A stretch of DNA of 63,852 nt, the filler included, from Squatina squatina (lineage: Eukaryota): NCBI GenBank assembly GCA_031763465.1. It is 3 parts of 3 records of this genome, joined end to end, with 100 filler letters (N's around TTAATTAATTAA, not from the genome) between each part and the next. Parts side by side here need not be neighbours in the genome. Positions count along the whole stretch, not along the records: positions 1 to 14,001 come from JARFOE010000115.1; 2 more parts are not named here. One strand, given 5' to 3'. Below are positions 1-11,437 of this stretch, in pieces (the stretch's first letter is position 1; every line of letters starts with the position of its first letter). The notes beneath the pieces were generated by a model. That model did no database searches. It saw only the letters and a program-made list of their open reading frames with translations, and was not told where the DNA came from. Both the position numbers and the translations under genes were made by a program.

Positions 1-273
1 CAATAGTGATGTCATCCTCCATTCCAGTATACTTTACAAAGTATAATTTGCTAGTCTACTGATGGAATTTACTTTGTATACCATGTTATTCGAATCAGTT
101 AATAAGTAAAATGATTTTAATTGTAGTTTAAACACCTAAGAATCTTTAAGAAGTATTTGATGTGGCAATGGGGGGCTCTTAGGGGCAGTCTGGATGGATG
201 AACTAAGATGAGCCGAATTACCTTTCTCGTCTATAATTACCTTGTGATGCATGGCAATATTGAGTTTCAGTGA

Positions 274-495
<222 letters not shown>

Positions 496-574
496 TAATT
501 CCAAACACAAAGTTGTATAAATTTAATTACATTCAGCATGCATGCAAGTATTTTTCTTTGGCATTCATTTTCAG

Positions 575-648
575 TTTAAATTGTACACTTGGAGACCTGC
601 AGTTTCTTTTCATTGACTTGGCTATCATACTGGTCATTGTCTTTACAA
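575..648 (+). CDS. ATP13A3: ATP13A3 internal exon (phase conflict with previous exon, see findings)
   Basis: TTTTCAG acceptor, GTGAGT donor at 649; encodes [24 protein letters not shown], matching ATP13A3 ..[20 protein letters not shown]. Confidence 0.88.
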
Positions 649-2838
649 GTGAGTATGCTAAAACTGTTGAGCAAACAGGTTTTAACAAAATATGTCTCGT
701 TAGTGATGTTCCTTCCAGTAATTTGTGTTGTGTGGAGAAAGCAGTACAACATGATCAGGAATGAGGGGTCAAGTAGATAAATCGAGGAGAGCTTTGGCAT
801 ACAATTTAACTGCAGTAAATAAGACAATAAAGCTAACAGTTTGCCTAAGCTAAAGAAGAGAGCACAAAACTTCATAAGGCATTGGTCAGACTCCATCTGC
901 ATGCCATTCTGGTTACTAATCACAGGAGGCATGTATTGTTTCCCCTCAGCAAGAACAGAAACAATTGGGTATCAGGAATTGAAGTTATGAAGAAAGATTA
1001 CAGAAGTCATATAAGATATTGTAAGATTATCTAATTGAAGGGAATACACAAAATTGATCATTCTGTGATGTAAGGAATAAGAAGAAAGTTGGACTGAACT
1101 TCCACCCAAGGAGTGATAAAGATGTGGAAAAAGTTACCAGAGATGGTCATGGAAGCAGACAGTATAAATGAGTTCAAGAGACATGTGAATACTTTTCTGG
1201 AGACAAAAGGGATTTAGGGATCTGATGAGAAAGCAGGTAGGTGGAGTTCAGCTATGAAAATGCACAGCTTTGTAGATCCTAATGGTCTTTTGTGAAAGAT
1301 TCTTGGGTTCTGTACATGTGTACACACACACACGGTTTCTACTCTATCCATCTACATGTTAATAGCTCACGTGACCGAAACCTTTGTCATGGTTGTTTTG
1401 TACCCATCTGCTGCTAAGGTGTATCAGAGCAGCCCTCATAAAGGGCAAACAATGGATCTTCTCCCATTGTCCAGTTCCAAAATGGTCCATTTGAAATGAA
1501 GAATGACTAAGTAGGGAACCATTTTTGCTAACCTGTGCCCACCACTCCCTGGACATCAAGTTGAACGAATTTACCATTTAATACCTTGGTTGAATCTGAC
1601 TGTGGTAGCTCCTTGTGATCTTGAACTTTTTCCACATCAAATCTTCTTGAAAAATATTTTGCTAGTTGCAGAAATAGAACAGATAGATATAGAAACAGTT
1701 TGTCAGCTGTACAACAAAACCACCTTTAAATAAAGCTGTNNNNNNNNNNNNNNNNNNNNNNNNNNNNNNNNNNNNNNNNNNNNNNNNNNNNNNNNNNNNN
1801 NNNNNNNNNNNNNNNNNNNNNNNNNNNNNNNNNNNNNNNNNNNNNNNNNNNNNNNNNNNNNNNNNNNNNNNNNNNNNNNNNNNNNNNNNNNNNNNNNNNN
1901 NNNNNNNNNNNNNNNNNNNNNNNNNNNNNNNNNNNNNNNNNNNNNNNNNNNNNNNNNNNNNNNNNNNNNNNNNNNNNNNNNNNNNNNNNNNNNNNNNNNN
2001 NNNNNNNNNNNNNNNNNNNNNNNNNNNNNNNNNNNNNNNNNNNNNNNNNNNNNNNNNNNNNNNNNNNNNNNNNNNNNNNNNNNNNNNNNNNNNNNNNNNN
2101 NNNNNNNNNNNNNNNNNNNNNNNNNNNNNNNNNNNNNNNNNNNNNNNNNNNNNNNNNNNNNNNNNNNNNNNNNNNNNNNNNNNNNNNNNNNNNNNNNNNN
2201 NNNNNNNNNNNNNNNNNNNNNNNNNNNNNNNNNNNNNNNNNNNNNNNNNNNNNNNNNNNNNNNNNNNNNNNNNNNNNNNNNNNNNNNNNNNNNNNNNNNN
2301 NNNNNNNNNNNNNNNNNNNNNNNNNNNNNNNNNNNNNNNNNNNNNNNNNNNNNNNNNNNNNNNNNNNNNNNNNNNNNNNNNNNNNNNNNNNNNNNNNNNN
2401 NNNNNNNNNNNNNNNNNNNNNNNNNNNNNNNNNNNNNNNNNNNNNNNNNNNNNNNNNNTTTCTGGCCGGCCACCCACTGCGCCTTTAAATGACACCCCGC
2501 GAATGGTCAGCCACCATGCTTTTGACCCCAGCAGCGGTCACTGCTGCCGCCCGGCATTGCTGCTGGGGTCGTTGCCGAATTCTCTGCTGGGTCGCTTGGG
2601 GCACTGCACGTGGTGATGATGTCATCATCACCGTGCGCCGCCAAGGGCTATGCTGAAAGCTGGAGCACCGCTGGCTGCTACAAGGAGGTCATCGTGCAGG
2701 GAGTGCCTCCCGGAGGTGCACCCCGGGCAAACCGGGAAGCCAAATTTTGCCCCCTCCATATGTCCTTTCTGAGATGATTGTGAAATGTTTTGGTGGCAGC
2801 AGTAGAGGAACATTGATTATTCTTCCTGTTTTGTTTAG

Positions 2839-3016
2839 TGAGTTTGAATGCTGCGTGGAAAGAGTTGGTTCCACAGAAACCGCCATCTGGCCTAATCTCT
2901 GCTTCACTGATATTTTCGGTACTGTCCCAAATTCTTATCAGCGCTGTGTTCCAGACAACTGGATTTCTGCTTGTGAAGCAGCAAACCTGGTATGAAGTAT
3001 GGACACCAAATTCAGA
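2839..3016 (+). CDS. ATP13A3: ATP13A3 internal exon
   Basis: TTGTTTAG acceptor, GTAAGT donor; (M)[58 protein letters not shown]; phase joins the previous exon (A|TG). Confidence 0.92.
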
Positions 3017-3863
3017 GTAAGTTCAAAAACAGTTACATTTCTCTAAGGGATGTATTTGTGAAATTGCTGTTCCAAAGGCACTAGTCGTCCTGTGGTGCCT
3101 TCCTCAAAATAACCATTTTTCGTATGAGCTTTGACCGTGATTATCAGCAGAGCACTTGACCGTAGGAATATTACAGCCAAGCTCTATTCTGTCCTTGTTT
3201 ATTGTTCATGCANNNNNNNNNNNNNNNNNNNNNNNNNNNNNNNNNNNNNNNNNNNNNNNNNNNNNNNNNNNNNNNNNNNNNNNNNNNNNNNNNNNNNNNN
3301 NNNNNNNNNNNNTCCTTCTTTGGCTTCTTCTGCTAGTGGAGTTTCTACCTCCTCCATTCTCTGTGAATGTTACTGCTGGTTGTGCAACTGTCTTGTCTCT
3401 GCTCTGGTCTCTGGTACATTATCAAAACATGGATAATTAGAAAATATGAGATCAAAAAGCTCTTGAGGCATCTAATAAAGTATTGAACAGAAATGGCAAA
3501 TGTTTGGATGTAGTGGAATTGAAGATTTGATTGAAGGTACCAGACTGGCAGTATCTGCCTATTGATCAGGCCATCCTTGGCTATCTTATGCTACTACAGG
3601 CCATTTGCTGGATAAATGAACTACCTTTTTGATAACTTAAACCAACTTGTTAAATCACGTAGGAATATAACTGCAGAGTATTGCATGATTATCCTCATCA
3701 TAAATTTCCATATATTTCATGCAGAAAAGGGAAATAAAAATTAGTACTAGCCTTAGATTGCTGCACAAAGTGAGAATGACTTGTAAAGCCTTTGTTTTTT
3801 TTAAACACATATTTTAATGAAATCACTGGCTTAATTTTAACTTTTTCTTTTGTATTTTTAAAG

Positions 3864-4061
3864 GACGTCCTTGACCGAAAAAGCAAGAGGTGCTTATCAT
3901 TTGTCTTCTGCTCTGCCAACCGAAAACCAAAGGCCAAATATATGCACCTAGCTCAGGAGTTGTTGGTGGACCCTGATTGGCCTCCAAAGCCCAAAACGAC
4001 CACAGAAGCAAAAAAAATACCCAATGAGAATGGTGCATGCCAAATAATTACAGTAACCTAA
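3864..4061 (+). CDS. ATP13A3: ATP13A3 terminal coding exon
   Basis: Polypyrimidine tract + AAG acceptor; ..KPKAKYMHLAQELLVDPDWPPKPKTTTEAK..NENGACQIITVT*, matching the ATP13A3 C-terminus; several AATAAA follow (4259-4337). Intervening exons fall in gaps. Confidence 0.93.
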   Translation, partial: DVLDRKSKRCLSFVFCSANRKPKAKYMHLAQELLVDPDWPPKPKTTTEAKKIPNENGACQIITVT

Positions 4062-5230
4062 CAGAAAATACCTTGATTCAAGTCAGCAATGCACTATTTT
4101 GGCAGCATGGTGTAATATATCAATGATGGGATAGGGGCAAGATGATTAGTCAAGATTATATAAACTAAATGTGAAGAATTTGCTATGTAACAATTTGATT
4201 TTTCTTTGGTGGGGGAGAAGAGGGTCATAAAGGGTTATACAGAAGCATGTTTTTCAAAAATAAATTTTAGCGGTAGAGGTACAGCAACTTGAAAATGATT
4301 TAAACAATAAAGGTTAAGATGATTCAGCCAAAATAAATTTGATAAATATTTTAAGTAACTACCTGTCAATTTTCCAAATAGATTTTTCCATTAATTTGTG
4401 GTGTTCAGCCCTAATATTAATGCAGATTTGAGTACAGCTTTAACAATAATGACAGCAAGCAATCAAAGCCATACAGCCAGTTTGAAGGAAGAAAAAGATC
4501 CTTGTACATAGTGAACTGCATGTATGCAACTCAACTGACCAAATGCAGAATGCCAATTCAATTTCTACAGATAGGAAAGAGCAAATAAGAAAAAACATAT
4601 TTTTCTATTATTAGAAATTGAAAGTTAGTATAGCGGGCTGCCTTAATTTTTTTTTCTTTACAAACTTAAATTTTGCTTCGTGTGTAATAGTTGCAGCAAA
4701 ATCTAACAGAAATGAACAGCATTGTTCTGCAATTTTGCAATGGTATAGCTTAAAAAGTCACAAAGCAGTAACAACATCAATCATGCAATGTTGTACAGAG
4801 GCTTATCAGTAAGGAGTCCACAATTTTTTTATCCATGAATTTTAATTGTCTGAGAATCAAGGAAGGGGCACACACAATTTCCCAATATGTGCTTCCAGTG
4901 AGTGAAGTTCTGTGCCAAGAGCATGCAAGTGGAAAACTTCGCATAATTCACCAGTGGTTTATTGGACATATCCTCCTGCCCTCAGAAATGAACAGTGCAT
5001 GGAAAAACATATGCGGATGTGTTNNNNNNNNNNNNNNNNNNNNNNNNNNNNNNNNNNNNNNNNNNNNNNNNNNNNNNNNNNNNNNNNNNNNNNNNNNNNN
5101 NNNNNNNNNNNNNNNNNNNNNNNACCACAAAAATGCACTAAAAAAAATTCTCAGTTGTTGAAATAAAATTTGATCTATTCTGAGACATTCTTACAGGAAC
5201 ATTATCGTGTCCATTCAATTTGTAGGTGAA

Positions 5231-6729
5231 ATGGCTGCAGGACAGTGCTTCTATGTCTTTGTGAGTTTGCAGATACTCAGCCAATCTTTCAGCTGTCCTG
5301 AGGAATGCAATTGCTCTACTACTACTGCTGACTGCGGAATTGGAAGTGGAAAGATACTCACAAAATTACCTGCTCCTTTACCAACAAATTTATCAATTCT
5401 GTCCATTTTAAACACAAAGATAACCAAGATAGAAGAAAACAGCTTTGCAGATCAAATATTTTTGAAACAACTTGTGCTGAATGGTAGTCTCCTGGTTGAT
5501 GTTTCTAAAGGAGCTTTCAATAATCTACACAATCTTTGTTCACTCATGATGGCTAACAGTTTGTTGGAAGTACTGCCTGTTGGAGTTCTTGACATGCTGG
5601 TTAATCTTAAACAACTATATTTAGTTAACAATAAGCTAACCAAAATAGAACAATGTCTGTTTGATAACCTTATAAACCTGGAAGAACTTTACTTATATCG
5701 AAATAAGTTACAAACTCTTCCAGTNNNNNNNNNNNNNNNNNNNNNNNNNNNNNNNNNNNNNNNNNNNNNNNNNNNNNNNNNNNNNNNNNNNNNNNNNNNN
5801 NNNNNNNNNNNNNNNNNNNNNNNNNNNNNNNNNNNNNNNNNNNNNNNNNNNNNNNNNNNNNNNNNNNNNNNNNNNNNNNNNNNNNNNNNNNNNNNNNNNN
5901 NNNNNNNNNNNNNNNNNNNNNNNNNNNNNNNNNNNNNNNNNNNNNNNNNNNNNNNNNNNNNNNNNNNNNNNNNNNNNNNNNNNNNNNNNNNNNNNNNNNN
6001 NNNNNNNNNNNNNNNNNNNNNNNNNNNNNNNNNNNNNNNNNNNNNNNNNNNNNTAATGAACTGGTGCAACTTCCAGACAGCACATTTGGTAAAATGGAGA
6101 AACTGAAGGAATTAATTTTGTACAATAATCAGCTTGTCAGTCTTCCAGATGATGTATTCAGTAATTTAACTCATTTAGAATCATTGGCCTTGAACCTGAA
6201 CAAAATTACTATTCTCTCAAAGAATACTTTTAGTGGCCTTAATCGCCTTCAAAATCTTTATCTTCACCAAAATCATCTCTCTCTTTTATGTGAGGATATA
6301 TTTAGTAACCTTCAGCAACTACAATACCTCTCACTGTATTCTAACCAAATTTACTCTCTCGCTGGAAACATTTTTCACAACTTGAATAACCTGAAGTACA
6401 NNNNNNNNNNTATTAGACAATAACAGGTTGCAAAATGTCCCACAAGGACTGTTTGATTTCTTACCAAGTATAAAGCAAGTTTATTTGTATGATAATATTT
6501 GGAACTGTGACTGTTGGATTTCTTATTTGAAAAATTGGACTTTGGAAAACCAGAAGAAGGTAGTTAAGTCCAATGAGATAACTTGTAATACTCCAGTTGA
6601 TTTTTATGGCCAGTTTATTCTAACACTGCATGATAACCAACTGAGCTGCAATTTTTCTCTGTATTCTGTTCCCTTGACAAGCCCAGTCACCAAAACAACA
6701 CAGCTCACAACTAATTCCACCTCACTGAC
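5231..6729 (+). CDS. GP5/LRRC15-like extracellular LRR protein, single coding exon, partial (gaps at 5725-6053 and 6401-6410; C-terminus lost in a gap)
   Basis: Acceptor TTTGTAG (ends 5225) just before ATG; signal peptide, LRRNT CPEECNC..C, 24-aa LRRs, LRRCT NIWNCDC..C..P..C, then start of a T/S stalk. It lies directly after ATP13A3 on the same strand, the position of GP5 in human. Confidence 0.8.
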
Positions 6730-6829
6730 NNNNNNNNNNNNNNNNNNNNNNNNNNNNNNNNNNNNNNNNNNNNNNNNNNNNNNNNNNNNNNNNNNNNNNN
6801 NNNNNNNNNNNNNNNNNNNNNNNNNNNNN

Positions 6830-7228
6830 GAAGTCAGAAGGTTGAGGATTCAAGGCCCACTCCACATGAGCCCATATTCTAGGCCGACACTTCTGTGCAG
6901 TACTGAGGGAGTGCTGCATTGTCGGTGGTGCCGCCTTTCAGACTGGATGTTAAACTGGGACCCTGTCTGCCTGTTCAGTTGAAGTAAAAGATTCCATGGC
7001 ACTATTCAAAGAGCAGCAGAGGAGTTCTATTAGTGCCCTGGCCAACATTTATCCCTCAACCAATGCCACTAAAAAAAAATTATAGGTAATTTATCTCACT
7101 GCTGTTTGTGAGACCTTGCCGTGTGTATACTGACGGCCACATTTTCCTGTATTACAACCATAGCTATGCTTCAAATGTACTTAATTGGCTGTGAAGCGCT
7201 TTGGCATTATATCAATGCAAGTTCTTTC
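6830..7228 (+). mobile_element. tRNA-derived DeuSINE (SacSINE1-like) copy
   Basis: Same head, core and tail as other copies in the window (cagtactgagggagtgctgca..., atttatccctcaacc..., aatgcaagt). Confidence 0.75.
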
Positions 7229-7478
7229 CTTTTAATTTATCTCAGCATCCCTCCTACTCTCCAGTCTTGGTAGCCTTGGATTTCACCAAGGTTTTGTAAT
7301 TTGGTGTATTTTTCAGAATGATCACGTGAGCTAAAATATTGGCTCTGTGAAATTGTTGAAAATCTGATTTATAACTGAATTATTACTTAAATAGCTTTGT
7401 ATTCTATTAGCAGTTCATGCTATACATTTAAAGTACTTATTTCTAAGTGTACTTTTCATCTTTTTACTTTACAGGAAA

Positions 7479-10202
7479 ATGACTCACATACATTGCTTGG
7501 GTTTTCTATTTCTTACACAGTTGTGTGGTTTCGCCATTTCTTCTTCTGACTGTGAGTTTAATGCAACAATCGTGGTTTGCAACAAAGAAAGCATGACTGA
7601 AATTCCAGAGATTATACCATCTAATGCAATTCGGATGCTTTTTCTTAAGACTACTGTTTCTACAATAAGATCTGGAGCCTTTAAGAATTATCCTGCATCA
7701 CTGACAAATATTGAATTTTACAATAATTTAATAAGTACAATAGAAATTGGGGCCCTGGATGGTCTCACTAATCTCACAACCCTTGAGATGACAAATAACC
7801 CACTGGAAACATTGAGCGTTGGGATTTTTGACAACCTTTCACAACTGATCGATCTTTACCTGCAAGATAACAAGATCAAGAACCTAGAAAAGGGATTATT
7901 TGATAAACTTTTCAATTTAGATGAACTGCGGTTACGTGGTAATGAGATAAATGCACTTCCTGATCAGATATTTGACAAACTTACACTCCTTACAAAACTG
8001 CACTTGGGAATAAATCAGATAAGCAATCTTTCTCAGAAAATATTTGAAAAACTTTCTAAACTCAAAACCCTCAGACTTTACGAAAATCAGATTACTGATC
8101 TCCCGGAAGGAATTTTTGATAATCTCCCAGAATTAACTGAGCTTTCTTTGTCAAAAAACAACATTGCACATCTCCCATCTGGAATTTTTTCCAAACTCCA
8201 TAAATTAGAAAAGTTGTATTTGGACAGAAACTCTATCACAGAGCTTCCGTTTGGACTTTTACACAATTTGACAAAAATAACTCGATTGAAGCTGGAGTTT
8301 AACAAGCTTTCAAGCCTTCCTGCTAGTTTATTTGGATTAACACCGGGCCTCACTGAACTTTCACTGACTCGAAACAATCTCATCACTATTCCTGATAATG
8401 TATTCAGTAAACTACCTAATCTGGAAAAACTGACATTGAGCAAGAACCAGATTACTCTTCTTCCAAAGAAAGCTTTCAGTGGCCTTGAGAATTTAAAAGA
8501 TCTTAACCTGGAAGAAAATAAACTTAGAGCCTTAGACAGCAACATTTTTAAAAATTTACCCAAGTTGAAAAGGCTTAACCTTGCAAAAAACCAGTTGTTT
8601 ACTGTACCAAATGGAACGTTTGATAATTTGAGACATCTGTCTTCATCTGGACTCAATCTGCAGGATAATCCTTTGGTGTGTGACTGCCAATTACTGTACC
8701 TCAGAAATTGGATGACATCTAATTCAAAGAAAATAAAATCACCTAGTAAGTTGCTGTGTCACAGTCCTGATGATGTAGCTAGGCAGAGTATTACATCTGT
8801 AGGAGAGGAAAGATTTATCTGCTTAACCACAACACAGCAGACCACCACTCCAGAAGTTTCAACTTCTACTATGACCATATTGACATCTCCTGTTATTAGC
8901 ACAATTACCGCAGAGCAGACCACCACTCCACAAGTTTCAACTTTGGTGACTACCATACCAATGACTATTAGCACAGTTACCACAGAACTGTCAACAGAGC
9001 AGCTCACCGCCACAGAAATGTCAACTTCTACTTTGACCACTTGGGTATCTACACCTACTGCCACAATGACAACAGGAAGAACAGAGCAGACCAGCACTCC
9101 AGTGGCTTCAACTTCATTCCTGACCACATCAACGGCTCTTACTACAATGCCAACAGAATTAACAACAGAACAGAGCTCTACTCCAGAAATTGCAACTCCT
9201 GTTCAAACTACGTTATTATCCACTCCCAGCACAACAATAACAACAGAATTAACAACAGAACAGAGCTCTACTCCAGAAATTGCAACTCCTGNNNNNNNNN
9301 NNNNNNNNNNNNNNNNNNNNNNNNNNNNNNNNNNNNNNNNNNNNNNNNNNNNNNNNNNNNNNNNNNNNNNNNNNNNNNNNNNNNNNNNNNNNNNNNNNNN
9401 NNNNNNNNNNNNNNNNNNNNNNNNNNNNNNNNNNNNNNNNNNNNNNNNNNNNNNNNNNNNNNNNNNNNNNNNNNNNNNNNNNNNNNNNNNNNNNNNNCAA
9501 ACTAAGTTATTATCCACTCCCAGTACAACAATAACAACAGAATTAACAACAGAACAGAGCTCTACTCCAGAAATTGCAACTCCTGTTCAAACTACATTAT
9601 TATCCACTCCCAGTACAACAATGTCAACAGAACAGAGCTCTACTCCAGAAATTGCAACTCCTGTTCAAACTATGTTATTATCCACTCCCAGTACAACACT
9701 GTCAACAGAACAGAGCTCTACTCCAGAAATTTCAACTTCTGCTATAGAAATTATGAGTACATCAACAACTAAGATTTTTACAACTACCAGCATAACATCC
9801 AAGCAAACATTACCTTTTGTGCCTCGTATACCTTGGTCATCCACAATGCCCTGGACCACATCACTGGAGGCCAGGATAACACAGGAAATTGAATCCCCCA
9901 CCAACCCTATTATAGATACAAAGTACTACTTTACATTCATTCCACAGATAGTTACATCTACTGCTGTCACTCCAACAATTCTTACTATATACACTCCAAA
10001 AAGATCAAGTGACAATGAATCAATGCAGGCAAGAACCACCTCTAATCCAATATTTAGTTTGAGTGTTGCCCAGATATCTAGTAACAATAATACAATCCCA
10101 TCACCTGCTTCAAGAGAAGCAATTGCTTCCCATGAAAGAGGAAACTGTAGGTTAATTGTACAATTATATCTAAAAACAAAACACTTTGTGACGCTTGTTT
10201 GA
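7479..10202 (+). CDS. LRRC15/CPN2/GP5-family LRR protein with mucin-like Thr/Ser stalk
   Basis: 907-aa ORF (206-N gap inside the stalk) preceded by acceptor TTTTACAG; signal peptide, 14 full 24-25-aa LRRs plus LRRCT (DNPLVCDC..LLCHSP..FIC), then about 430 aa T/S/P-rich stalk. Confidence 0.88.
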   Translation: MTHIHCLGFLFLTQLCGFAISSSDCEFNATIVVCNKESMTEIPEIIPSNAIRMLFLKTTVSTIRSGAFKNYPASLTNIEFYNNLISTIEIGALDGLTNLTTLEMTNNPLETLSVGIFDNLSQLIDLYLQDNKIKNLEKGLFDKLFNLDELRLRGNEINALPDQIFDKLTLLTKLHLGINQISNLSQKIFEKLSKLKTLRLYENQITDLPEGIFDNLPELTELSLSKNNIAHLPSGIFSKLHKLEKLYLDRNSITELPFGLLHNLTKITRLKLEFNKLSSLPASLFGLTPGLTELSLTRNNLITIPDNVFSKLPNLEKLTLSKNQITLLPKKAFSGLENLKDLNLEENKLRALDSNIFKNLPKLKRLNLAKNQLFTVPNGTFDNLRHLSSSGLNLQDNPLVCDCQLLYLRNWMTSNSKKIKSPSKLLCHSPDDVARQSITSVGEERFICLTTTQQTTTPEVSTSTMTILTSPVISTITAEQTTTPQVSTLVTTIPMTISTVTTELSTEQLTATEMSTSTLTTWVSTPTATMTTGRTEQTSTPVASTSFLTTSTALTTMPTELTTEQSSTPEIATPVQTTLLSTPSTTITTELTTEQSSTPEIATPXXXXXXXXXXXXXXXXXXXXXXXXXXXXXXXXXXXXXXXXXXXXXXXXXXXXXXXXXXXXXXXXXXXXXQTKLLSTPSTTITTELTTEQSSTPEIATPVQTTLLSTPSTTMSTEQSSTPEIATPVQTMLLSTPSTTLSTEQSSTPEISTSAIEIMSTSTTKIFTTTSITSKQTLPFVPRIPWSSTMPWTTSLEARITQEIESPTNPIIDTKYYFTFIPQIVTSTAVTPTILTIYTPKRSSDNESMQARTTSNPIFSLSVAQISSNNNTIPSPASREAIASHERGNCRLIVQLYLKTKHFVTLV
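9153..9740 (+). repeat. Coding VNTR (90-nt and 78-nt units) in mucin stalk
   Basis: Near-identical units encoding TTEQSSTPEIATPVQTTLLSTPSTT(ITTEL); an assembly gap lies inside the array. Confidence 0.9.
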
Positions 10203-10250
10203 TGGTGAATTGTTCCAGCGGAAAACGAGAGGAGGAATTCGTATGAAAAA

Positions 10251-10486
10251 GTGGACCTGAATTTGAATAAGACTAATTTTATGCTCTTTAGCAACACATT
10301 AATTACTCTTCCGGGGCAGGTGCAAATAAATGGACTAAGTCTGGCTCAGACAAATTCCACGAAATTTCTAGGCCTGTTCATTGACAGTAAATTATCATGG
10401 AATGTTCATATTGATTATTTGTGTAAAATTCTGTCAAGATATACAGGTATTATACATAAACTGAAATTTTATTTTCCTTCTCATGT
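10251..10486 (+). mobile_element. Non-LTR retrotransposon RT C-terminal fragment (L2/Crack/Jockey-like)
   Basis: LNLNKTNFMLF..TKFLGLFIDSKLSWNVHIDYLCKILSR..GII is the typical post-YADD region of LINE RTs. Confidence 0.75.
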
Positions 10487-10904
10487 NNNNNNNNNNNNNN
10501 NNNNNNNNNNNNNNNNNNNNNNNNNNNNNNNNNNNNNNNNNNNNNNNNNNNNNNNNNNNNNNNNNNNNNNNNNNNNNNNNNNNNNNNNNNNNNNNNNNNN
10601 NNNNNNNNNNNNNNNNNNNNNNNNNNNNNNNNNNNNNNNNNNNNNNNNNNNNNNNNNNNNNNNNNNNNNNNNNNNNNNNNNNNNNNNNNNNNNNNNNNNN
10701 NNNNNNNNNNNNNNNNNNNNNNNNNNNNNNNNNNNNNNNNNNNNNNNNNNNNNNNNNNNNNNNNNNNNNNNNNNNNNNNNNNNNNNNNNNNNNNNNNNNN
10801 NNTCAATTTAGCGGCAGAAACAGTCTTTAGACCCCTAACGCCCGTTCTGCAACCATTTAGCGCTAGTGCCGGAGTGTCAATTGGGCGCCTTATGTTTCTA
10901 TGGT

Positions 10905-11437
10905 TGCTCTTCTATCACTTCTATTCCAGTAGCTCTCCTATCTCTGATGTTAAGCTGACTGGTCTAAATTTCCCAGGTTTTGTTCTATCTTCCTTTTGTA
11001 TATAGGAACATTAGCTGGCCCCTGGTCCTCTGGCATTATACCCTCTTCAAAGGAACTTTAATATATATAAACTGGTGCCTCTGCTATCTCCTTCCTCATC
11101 TCCTTGAGTCTGTATGGGTGAATACCATCTGGACCTGGGGTCTTATCCTCTTCCAGTTTTTCTAGTTTGTCAATTATTTTCTCTCTTTCTATTGCAACTG
11201 TATTAATGCTCTTTTTAAGCTCACCCGTTAGTCAAATGTTTATTTTGTTATCTTTTTAGTAAAAACTGAAGTGACAGTTATTCAGTACGTCTGCCATTTC
11301 TCTGTCAATATCTGTCCGTTTATCTTATTCATTCTTTAGTGACCCTATCCCTATTTTAAATTTCCTTTTGTTATTTATGTGTCTATAGAACACTTCATTA
11401 TTTCTTTTTAAATTGTGATAATTTGATTTTGTAATTT
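10905..11437 (-). mobile_element. Degenerate CR1 LINE ORF2 fragment
   Basis: Minus strand retains ..FYRHINNKRKFKIGIGSLK.. and GNxRPVSLTS-like sequence (complement of gatgttaagctgactggtct). Confidence 0.6.

Noticed and set aside
1662-2495. Long ORFs made mostly of X (here and at many other gaps)
   Set aside because: They are open only because N runs contain no stop codons.
5725-6428. Frameshifts making the first LRR gene a pseudogene
   Set aside because: Both frame changes coincide with N gaps of nominal size, and the LRR register continues across them.
5231-10202. Variable lymphocyte receptor-like adaptive LRR system
   Set aside because: The LPxGIFDxL-type repeats and Thr stalk resemble VLRs. 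However, these are complete genes with no LRR cassette library, and the ATP13A3 neighbourhood points to the GP5/LRRC15/CPN2 family.
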